Shown here: in pieces, positions 1 through 6,680 of the stretch
Layout: each line of letters opens with the position of its first letter
Numbering within the stretch: position 1 is the stretch's first letter
Source of the DNA: a virus
Lineage: Duplodnaviria > Heunggongvirae > Uroviricota > Caudoviricetes
IMG/VR virus record: IMGVR_UViG_2740892233_000019
Length of the DNA stretch: 12,090 nt
Direction: 5' to 3' (one strand)
Notes under the pieces: model-generated
The model's database searches: none
Seen by the model: only the letters and a program-made list of their open reading frames with translations
What the model was told of the DNA's origin: nothing
Position numbers and translations under genes: made by a program

Positions 1-1485
1 TTGTTAACTGAACTTGCTGATAGATTTTTTGGTTCACGTTCTGATGACCGTAAAGAGCTTTTAGAACAAGTTAAGCGTGAAAAAGAGTTAAGAAAATCTG
101 CTCAACAACAAGCTCGAAAATCAACACAAAAAAGTTTTTCAGAAGCTTTGAAGAATCAGACACCAGTTCTTGATGCTTCCTTGGAGGCTGTTAAAAGGCT
201 GAAAACTAAGCTTGATAAAACTGATGGTTCGTTAGATTTAAACTATCTTAAAATTATAGACAGTGATCTTACAAACTTAGATGCGTTGCGCAGTGAAATT
301 AAAACGCCTATCAAACCTCCAAAACTTGGAATGTATGAAGAGAAATATAGAGACTACAGAGATAAATTTAATGAGTTCTCTGCGTATATTCTACAAATGA
401 AGTTAGCAATTAATAAACTTGATTCTGAATTAAATAAACTTGAGCCTTCATTGTCAGCGAAAAATCACCTTGAAAAAAATCAAGGTATTATTAATTCTAA
501 ACTAACTAAGTTTAATAACACGATAGAGGAGAAGATACATTCTCTTTTAAAAAAATGGGCCGATGAAATAAAGGTTGATCGAAGTGATTATTATGCTAAA
601 ACTATATCAGTTGTTGATTCAATAGATAATGATTCACAAATTGAAAATGTGTTTAATTTGCTCGATAGTTTATATGTTGAGTCAGTTGATACCCTAACTT
701 TCAAATATCAATCAATAATAAAAGGTCTCGATAGATTATTTGAAGGTATAAACTTAGATTCAGCATTCTCATTATCTGAAGAAGAACGCTCATATTTTGA
801 AGAAAAAGCTAAAAGTTTAAACGCGCTTGCACAGTTAGGTATTAGTGTTGAGATAATATCTCATGAACTTGAAGAAATGGATTCTATGGTAACCAGAGGA
901 CTAAACTCTCTTCCTACTTCTGTAAAAGAACACCCTGGTTTTTCATTGGCGTTAAATGCTCACAGATCGCTTACTCAACAAATACGTTTCTTATCACCTT
1001 TGAAAATATCAGGTTATCAATCCAGGCAGAGAATAACTGGAAAAAATATCATGGATTATGTCCTGAAGTTCTTTGGGGAGCGTTTCGAACGGCAACGAAT
1101 AACTATTGAATTTAGTGAAGAGTTTAAGCAAATCGCAATAACAGATATACCATTAAGGATCTATCCTGTTTTTACTAATATTATCAACAATGCAATGTAT
1201 TGGGTCAGTCTGTCAAATAATAGGCTCATAAAGATTGGTTTTGTGAATTCTTTGGTTATCATAGCAAATTCTGGTCCGGCAATTGATACCGATGATATCC
1301 CGCGACTATTTGAACTATTTTATAGCAAAAGAGCAAATGGACATGGGGTAGGTCTGTATCTATGTCGAGAAAACCTTGCTGTTGCACATCATAAAATATG
1401 GTATTCAGAACCTGATGAAGGCGATAACTATTTAATAAAAGATGGCGCTAATTTTGTGATCCAGTTCAATGGAGTGGAGTTCTAA
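1..1485 (+). CDS. Sensor histidine kinase, 5'-truncated at window edge (coiled-coil-rich N-terminal part, HisKA-like H-box, HATPase_c catalytic domain)
   Basis: Open frame from base 1 with no in-window start. H-box-like ISHELEE (His codon 862-864). N-box NIINNAMYW (about 1177-1203). G1-like NSGPAI, F-box FELFY, G2 box GHGVGL (1339-1356). Stop TAA at 1483-1485. Lys/Glu-rich, heptad-like upstream part. Confidence 0.75.
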   Translation: MLTELADRFFGSRSDDRKELLEQVKREKELRKSAQQQARKSTQKSFSEALKNQTPVLDASLEAVKRLKTKLDKTDGSLDLNYLKIIDSDLTNLDALRSEIKTPIKPPKLGMYEEKYRDYRDKFNEFSAYILQMKLAINKLDSELNKLEPSLSAKNHLEKNQGIINSKLTKFNNTIEEKIHSLLKKWADEIKVDRSDYYAKTISVVDSIDNDSQIENVFNLLDSLYVESVDTLTFKYQSIIKGLDRLFEGINLDSAFSLSEEERSYFEEKAKSLNALAQLGISVEIISHELEEMDSMVTRGLNSLPTSVKEHPGFSLALNAHRSLTQQIRFLSPLKISGYQSRQRITGKNIMDYVLKFFGERFERQRITIEFSEEFKQIAITDIPLRIYPVFTNIINNAMYWVSLSNNRLIKIGFVNSLVIIANSGPAIDTDDIPRLFELFYSKRANGHGVGLYLCRENLAVAHHKIWYSEPDEGDNYLIKDGANFVIQFNGVEF

Positions 1486-1486
1486 T

Positions 1487-3235
1487 ATGACAGTGGCAAA
1501 TTATAATTCTCTTGTCCAGAAAACTTTCTGCGAAAATGCAATTCGTTCCGTTGTCATGATTGATGACGATTTTCTGACGTATTCTGAATCAATCAGGGCG
1601 TTGAATAACGAAGTTGATTTAGACTACAACAAAATTGACTCATCTAAACGAGCCGCTACTCTTGAGAGCTTTTTTCAATCTAAAAATATGATTTGTGATG
1701 TTGACAATGGTTCTGTTAATTTCGATGTGGATCGGATTAGAAAATCAGATCTTATTATTGTAGATTATCATCTTGATAATAATGCACCTGATAAAACACT
1801 TAAACTATTACAAGATTTGAAAGACTCCGATCATTTAAATATGATTGTAATATATACTAGAGAGAATTTAGAAACGGTTTGGATGCAGATATCATCGACT
1901 CTCAAAGGTGCTCTGGATATCAACAGCTTGATCATTGACTACGATAATGAAGATGTCCAAAGTTATTGGGAAGACGTTGTATTACCGAACTTAAATGATA
2001 ATGGTAATAAAGCTCTCACAAGAGATGAAATAATAGCCTATATTAAAGACAGTAAGCCTTGTAGAAGAATTAAAAGATTAATAAATGATGATGCTGTGTT
2101 GGAGGATCAAAAGGATAAAAACTTCATTGCAAAAATGATTGCAGAATATGCTGTGTCTAGAAATGCAATTATTTCTAGCAACACATCTGGCAATGTCATT
2201 CGGGGTGATGAAAGCGGAGTAAAATGGATTCAATGTGGTAATATCTTTGTCTCCCTATTTCATAAGGTTCAAGATGATCATGAAAACGATGGAGATAGGA
2301 TTTGGCAAACTCTCAATGATTCTCTCATTGAATGGAAACCATCTTATTATCAGTTAATAAAATCTGAAATTCAGAATGCAATCGAAGCTGAGGCTTTATC
2401 TTTTGTAAATCATTTGGCTAACGATCATTACGGTCAAGCTGCGTGGTTAAATGAGATATTAAAATCAGACTCGCCTGATATTAGATGTAGAAATATTGAC
2501 TTTGTATTTGGTAATTTATCAGAAGAGCTTTATCAAAGACTTAAAAATAATAATACGCTGGATGAATTTATCAAAAGTGTTTTTGATAGCTATTCAAATG
2601 AATACGCTAACAGCGGAGTTGCTGCATTGCTCCAATATTGCTCTTCAAAAATGGATCTGCCATCAAATAATGATACTTATCACGAAATGTATCATGCTTT
2701 AAATATGAATTTGTCTTCAAAGAATTTTGAAGATGGTCATATTTCTACTGGCACTATTTTCTTTGATACAGAGTCGAACAAATGGTATTTATGTGTATCT
2801 GCGGCATGTGATTTGGTTCCTACTCAGGGTAACGACCCTCACCATGTAAGATTAAGTCCGCACAGGCTCATTAAAGTTCTGGAGCTTTTTAACGCCAGTC
2901 AGAGTAAAGCATTGCCATTTGCTGAACATTCGAAATATATATATGTAATGCATAAAAATCAAAGAAAATATCTCTCTATTTTCGAAGGGGATAAAACGCT
3001 TCCTGTTGTTGATTATATGGTGGTGTTGAATCATGGAACAACAGTTGATGGCGAAGAAAAAAATATTATTTCTGCCGTGTTTTTAAGTAATATGGATGGC
3101 AACGTGCAAAATGTTCCTGTCCGACTCAAACTTAAATCTCAACTGAGAACTGGTTATGCAGAAAGATATCAGGCTATAGCGTCTCAGTATAGCTCAAGGA
3201 TTGGTGTGGATTATGTATCAATGATGCTACCATAA
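1487..3235 (+). CDS. Receiver (REC) domain protein fused to a large uncharacterized C-terminal domain (about 430 aa); candidate effector/output partner of the upstream kinase
   Basis: ATG at 1487 preceded by GGAG (1476-1479) and placed 1 nt after the upstream stop (TAATATGA), supporting coupling; the ORF track's ATG at 1469 has no Shine-Dalgarno. REC hallmarks aligned by eye to CheY: VVMIDDDF acidic pair (DDD codons 1562-1570), LIIVDYHLDNNAPDK candidate phosphoacceptor Asp (1763-1765), MIVIYT conserved Thr. Remainder shows no motif I recognise. Confidence 0.65.
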   Translation: MTVANYNSLVQKTFCENAIRSVVMIDDDFLTYSESIRALNNEVDLDYNKIDSSKRAATLESFFQSKNMICDVDNGSVNFDVDRIRKSDLIIVDYHLDNNAPDKTLKLLQDLKDSDHLNMIVIYTRENLETVWMQISSTLKGALDINSLIIDYDNEDVQSYWEDVVLPNLNDNGNKALTRDEIIAYIKDSKPCRRIKRLINDDAVLEDQKDKNFIAKMIAEYAVSRNAIISSNTSGNVIRGDESGVKWIQCGNIFVSLFHKVQDDHENDGDRIWQTLNDSLIEWKPSYYQLIKSEIQNAIEAEALSFVNHLANDHYGQAAWLNEILKSDSPDIRCRNIDFVFGNLSEELYQRLKNNNTLDEFIKSVFDSYSNEYANSGVAALLQYCSSKMDLPSNNDTYHEMYHALNMNLSSKNFEDGHISTGTIFFDTESNKWYLCVSAACDLVPTQGNDPHHVRLSPHRLIKVLELFNASQSKALPFAEHSKYIYVMHKNQRKYLSIFEGDKTLPVVDYMVVLNHGTTVDGEEKNIISAVFLSNMDGNVQNVPVRLKLKSQLRTGYAERYQAIASQYSSRIGVDYVSMMLP

Positions 3236-3248
3236 TTATTATATTTTA

Positions 3249-3288
3249 GGCGTGGTGATTTTTTTTCGCCATGCCTATTTTATATTTA
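3249..3288 (+). terminator. Candidate intrinsic terminator for the kinase/REC operon
   Basis: Imperfect inverted repeat GGCGTGGTGA / TCGCCATGCC (10 bp with two G-U pairs) around a T-run loop, followed by U-rich tail TATTTTATATTT. Lies 14 nt after the 1487..3235 stop, between convergent genes. Confidence 0.4.
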
Positions 3289-3306
3289 TCATCACAATGA
3301 TGTTGT

Positions 3307-3723
3307 TTATTTTTGTTTAAGTCTTCTAAGCTTCATGCATTCTAATGAGAATAATAATAGAGTTGTGCTGTATATAAAGCCAGAGTTAGTTAATAACTTT
3401 AAATTTAATGCTTCAGGATTTTCACTGAGAAAGTGAAAGGCATAAACTAAGTATACAGCTAAAGTAGCCGTTCCAATTGTTGGTCCAATATCGCCTTGAT
3501 CATGAGGTTCAAGGTTTACATTGAACTTGAAGATTAGCCATTCAAATCCCCAAGTAAAAAAAACAACTAATATCATGGCTGCGAATAATTTCGCGATGTT
3601 ATCTGCTGATGGATTCATCAGAACAGATTGTTTCTGAAAAAATTCACAAAGTGAGAGTCCGAAAAAAATAAAAAAAAGTGGTCTGGAACTAAATTTTTCA
3701 AAAACTTTGAATAGGGTTTCCAT
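3307..3723 (-). CDS. Small integral membrane protein (about 4 predicted TM helices), unknown function
   Basis: 138-aa ORF with hydrophobic stretches LFFIFFGLSLCEFF, FAAMILVVFFTWGFEWLIF, TLAVYLVYAFHF, FIYSTTLLLFSL. GAAGG-like RBS upstream of ATG at 3723. Sits between integrase and the kinase/REC cassette. Confidence 0.5.
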   Translation of the reverse strand: METLFKVFEKFSSRPLFFIFFGLSLCEFFQKQSVLMNPSADNIAKLFAAMILVVFFTWGFEWLIFKFNVNLEPHDQGDIGPTIGTATLAVYLVYAFHFLSENPEALNLKLLTNSGFIYSTTLLLFSLECMKLRRLKQK

Positions 3724-3761
3724 TTTCTTTACCTTCAGGATTATATTAGCTATTCTGATAC

Positions 3762-4991
3762 TTAGGCTACCAGAGCATTTGATCTTTGAGCTTGAACGTA
3801 ATCACTCCACCATTGCATCAAACTCTGTCGCTCTATCAGATATTCTGCACGATTGTATGCTGCGATAATTTCATCTTTTTTCGAGTGGGCAAGCGCTGCC
3901 TCAAGAACTTCAGCTCTGAATTTACCAGACTCCTCTGCCGCTGTTCGTGCAATAGAACGCATACCGTGAGCTACAAGCTCGCCTCCGAACCCCATTCGGA
4001 TGATAGCTGCGTTGGCTGTTTGTTCATGCATATGATTAAGAGGCGCTTTTATGCTGGGGAAAACCCATTCTCTATGCCCACTTATTGATTTCATTAATTC
4101 AAGGATGCGCAAAGCTTCTTTACTCAAAGGAACTTTGTGAAGCTTTTTCATTTTCATGAAATCAGCAGGAATGTTCCAAATGCTGTTGGTTGTATCAATA
4201 TCAGACCACCTTGCGCGAACGGCTTCACCCGGACGAACCCATGTCAACAATTGCCATTCAATTAGCATACGTGTTTCCAACCGGATTGACGCATTCGTCA
4301 AAGATTCCATAAACCTTGGCAATTCGCTTGGGGGAAGGGCAGGCATATTTTGCTTTTTTGGTTTACTGAATCTTTGACCAAGGTTGTCAGCCGGGTTGAA
4401 CTCAATAAGTTCTTCAGTAGCTGCCCACCGGAAGATTTCATTCAGACGTGAAATGATACGGCGTAGAGTTTCCAATACGCCTCGTTGCTCAATAGGATCA
4501 AGGTGTTGTTTTAAGAGCTTAGGTCGGATCTCATTGATAGGGACATTACCCAGACCGGGAAAGACATTTCTCTCTAAGCTGCGCCAGATGTCTGCTGCAT
4601 GGTCTTGTGAGATACCTGATGTCTTTACCTTCTCATCTAACCATTTCCGCGCTACGGCTTGGAGAGTGTGCTCAGTAGCACTCTTTAATGCCTTCGCCTT
4701 ATCGTTGTTATGGATTTGGGGATCAACACCATTTGCCAGAAAGGAGAGATATTCATCACGTAAGGCTCTGGCTCTTGCAAGGGTAAGGTGAGGATATGTC
4801 CCAAGGCTCATTTTGGTTCTTTTCTTGCTCACGGGTACTGCATACCTGAAATACCAATTTTTCTTGCCTCCTTTCGCCAAAGGAGCGATTCGTAGAATCA
4901 GACCATCACCGTCAAACAAGTTGATTTCTTTATCGGCTGGCTTGGTGCTTTTGATTTCAGTGTCAGTGAGCTTCTTAGCGATTTTTGCCAT
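3762..4991 (-). CDS. int: Tyrosine recombinase / integrase, P4-type (IntA-like, the family associated with ssrA-integrated islands)
   Basis: N-terminus MAKIAKKLTDTEIKSTKP...DGDGLILRIAP...WYFRY matches the P4/IntA-type N-terminal signature as I recall it. Catalytic boxes: RPGEAVRARW (Arg), HGMRSIARTA (His-x-x-Arg), AYNRAEY (Tyr). Start at 4991 preferred over 5033 (better RBS GAGGG, matches family N-terminus). Confidence 0.9.
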   Translation of the reverse strand: MAKIAKKLTDTEIKSTKPADKEINLFDGDGLILRIAPLAKGGKKNWYFRYAVPVSKKRTKMSLGTYPHLTLARARALRDEYLSFLANGVDPQIHNNDKAKALKSATEHTLQAVARKWLDEKVKTSGISQDHAADIWRSLERNVFPGLGNVPINEIRPKLLKQHLDPIEQRGVLETLRRIISRLNEIFRWAATEELIEFNPADNLGQRFSKPKKQNMPALPPSELPRFMESLTNASIRLETRMLIEWQLLTWVRPGEAVRARWSDIDTTNSIWNIPADFMKMKKLHKVPLSKEALRILELMKSISGHREWVFPSIKAPLNHMHEQTANAAIIRMGFGGELVAHGMRSIARTAAEESGKFRAEVLEAALAHSKKDEIIAAYNRAEYLIERQSLMQWWSDYVQAQRSNALVA

Positions 4992-5155
4992 TTTGGGACC
5001 CTCGGTTTTTGGACCCTTCTTAGTGGGTCCCATTCAGGGTGCCATAACTCGTAGTTCTCAGCAATTCTCACTGGACGACAATAGACGTAAAAAAGCCCGC
5101 AGAGCTTGTGCTGTGTGGGCTTAGTAGACTTCATTGAACTTCAAACAACTAAAAA

Positions 5156-5180
5156 GTGGAGCTGGCGGGAGTTGAACCCG
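5156..5180 (-). other. Attachment-site core: 25-nt copy of the tmRNA (ssrA) 3' end (T-arm plus acceptor 3' strand), without the tmRNA body
   Basis: Minus-strand sequence CGGGTTCAACTCCCGCCAGCTCCAC matches the E. coli ssrA 3' terminus as I recall it. Sequence beyond 5180 diverges and no complementary acceptor 5' strand (GGGGCTG / GGAGCTG) is present, so this is neither a full tmRNA nor a tRNA. About 165 bp upstream of the integrase start. Confidence 0.7.
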
Positions 5181-5289
5181 TGCCCGAGCAATGCTTAACC
5201 CATTGAATAACAATGCATTCTCTGTTTAAAAATGCCTCAAGTGCATTTTGAGTGCATTTTCTGGTCCTCTCTTGGTCCATACAACGAGA

Positions 5290-6198
5290 TTAAGTGGCCA
5301 CTTGAAGTTCCGGCCCTGCGTCGCTATCTATTAACGGCTGACCTTGAACCATTTTTTCAACCATATCGTTTGAAGGATATGGAACCCCGAGCTCAACCGT
5401 ATTAGGGTTGGAACGGTGGGTTTCAACAAACGATGTTCCGTTCCATTTTTTTGAAAGGTAGATTATTCCTTCAAAGGCTGCAGGGTCCTGTTTCTGAGAC
5501 TCTAAGATCATGTGGAAGCCACGACGTTCTATCCCGCGTAAGAAGCTGGAGAAGCACTCCCTCAGTAATTCGTCATCCAAATCCTTGAACTTGATACCCT
5601 GCGCAAGAAACTCGAAATAATTAAGAATATATAAAAGGCCATTGATGGCATCCCTGTACTCATCGGGGACCTTCATATTCTTGTATTCTTCTTTGTCTGG
5701 GTTGCAGCGCCACTCTGATAGTTCTTGTGGTACATAACGCATGCCCCGATAGAATTTGGTGCTGTTCCGAAGCTGTTTTTGGTACTCCGGGCTTGTTCGG
5801 GTGTTAATGATCATGTTCAGCGTGTGGGACCTGCGCGTGTTAGCAGCGGACGTTATGCATTGTATCCACCATCCCATTCCAACGAGCATTCCTGTAACCA
5901 TGATCGAAAGCGATGTTTGATAGGCCGGTGTGTACCTTAAAATTGCATATCCAATAAGGATAATCACATAACAAACAGTGCTGAACATAGGAAGAAATTC
6001 TGCAGTGTCTGGATAGCGTTTTTTGATGAAGCAGAAGATAGAAGATATTGCTGCACCAGAACCAGCAATGACGATCAGCCAATCAATGATGGCGATGCTA
6101 AATGGTAGTTTTCCAGGGTAGATATAAGTAAAAAGTGCTCTGACAATCATCATTAGAGCAAAAATTGTAGCGCTGACGTTGACTAATGTTCTCGCCAT
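5290..6198 (-). CDS. Membrane-anchored protein (N-terminal multi-TM region, about 170-aa soluble C-terminal domain), unknown function
   Basis: ORF track gives 5290..6231; start at 6198 (MARTLVNV, AGGA about 10 nt upstream) preferred because 6231 sits inside a GC-rich stem-loop. Hydrophobic helices ATIFALMMIVRALF, IAIIDWLIVIAGSGAAISSIFCFI, VCYVIILIGYAIL, MVTGMLVGMGWWI, then a charged C-terminal half. Confidence 0.5.
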   Translation of the reverse strand: MARTLVNVSATIFALMMIVRALFTYIYPGKLPFSIAIIDWLIVIAGSGAAISSIFCFIKKRYPDTAEFLPMFSTVCYVIILIGYAILRYTPAYQTSLSIMVTGMLVGMGWWIQCITSAANTRRSHTLNMIINTRTSPEYQKQLRNSTKFYRGMRYVPQELSEWRCNPDKEEYKNMKVPDEYRDAINGLLYILNYFEFLAQGIKFKDLDDELLRECFSSFLRGIERRGFHMILESQKQDPAAFEGIIYLSKKWNGTSFVETHRSNPNTVELGVPYPSNDMVEKMVQGQPLIDSDAGPELQVAT

Positions 6199-6210
6199 CT
6201 TATTGATTCC

Positions 6211-6239
6211 TATAACAAAAGACCTCCGCATGGGAGGCC
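6211..6239 (-). promoter_or_regulatory. GC-rich stem-loop followed by T-tract on the minus strand (terminator- or attenuator-like) immediately upstream of the 5290..6198 start
   Basis: Minus-strand GCCTCC-CATGC-GGAGGT hairpin followed by CTTTTGTT. Lies about 440 nt downstream of the lambdoid integrase stop and just upstream of the next ORF. Confidence 0.3.
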
Positions 6240-6680
6240 TTATTGTGCTAATGGAGGTTTGTTTTAAAATTTTAGGTTGTAGTTAACCTTCACCGAAACC
6301 TACGGTCAGTGTCTTTTTCATAGTGTTCACTCCAGTTGTGGTGCTTCGCCGATACCTACGTTAAGCTCTTGAAAAGTAAAAAAACATAAAAGTTTTAGAA
6401 TTTGTGGAGCACAGGATAACAGTTTGTACTGGGACTCATCAAGTACTATCAGTGTCCTTGCACTGTCCTAGTGAAAATTTATTGCAATAAAGTAACTTAC
6501 GTGAAGTCAAGAAATATATTTGCACTCCATTTCTTGCTATGATGTAAGTTATTGATTTTAATTAAATTTACAATTACCTAAATGAACTATGGAAACTATC
6601 AATAACATAGATGATAGCTCATTTCACAAAAAGCAATGGTAGACTCATTCTTAATTTTCATCAGCCTTAAGCCTATGTAC

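Noticed and set aside
2496-3034. Small ORFs 2496..2702 (+) and 2852..3034 (-) inside the REC-protein gene
   Set aside because: Entirely nested within the long, motif-supported 1487..3235 frame. Their low-complexity, AT-driven translations look like frame artefacts.
3724-3761. TATAAT-like -10 element (minus strand, about 3745..3740) upstream of the 4-TM protein gene
   Set aside because: No convincing -35 at proper spacing, and the hexamer is only about 16 nt from the start codon, leaving almost no leader. Could be chance in AT-rich DNA.
3786-5134. ORFs 3786..4088, 4156..4377, 4384..4791, 4813..5124 (+) and 4898..5134 (-) overlapping the integrase
   Set aside because: They are antisense or out of frame relative to a strongly supported integrase with full catalytic motifs. 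Their Cys/Arg-rich translations are typical of spurious frames.
5156-5250. Possible complete tRNA or tmRNA gene on the minus strand
   Set aside because: Only the T-arm and acceptor 3' strand are present. No complementary acceptor 5' strand lies 70 to 90 nt upstream, and sequence beyond 5180 does not resemble tmRNA. Called an att core fragment instead.
5236-5260. Short AT-rich hairpin (CTCAA-GTGCATT-TTGAG) and TGCATTTT direct repeat downstream of the 5290 ORF
   Set aside because: The stem is only 5 bp and AT-rich. It could be a weak terminator or integrase arm-site repeats, but the evidence is too thin to call.
5725-6082. ORFs 5725..5940 (+) and 5840..6082 (-) inside the membrane-protein gene
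   Set aside because: Nested within the longer 5290..6198 frame, which has coherent TM-helix structure. No independent start signals.
6240-6680. AT-rich 440-bp intergenic region as a possible site for the prophage attL, a promoter, or a small RNA
   Set aside because: No attR copy is available for comparison, the TTGCAC/TATGAT pair has wrong spacing (12 bp), and only a 17-aa ORF without an RBS was found.
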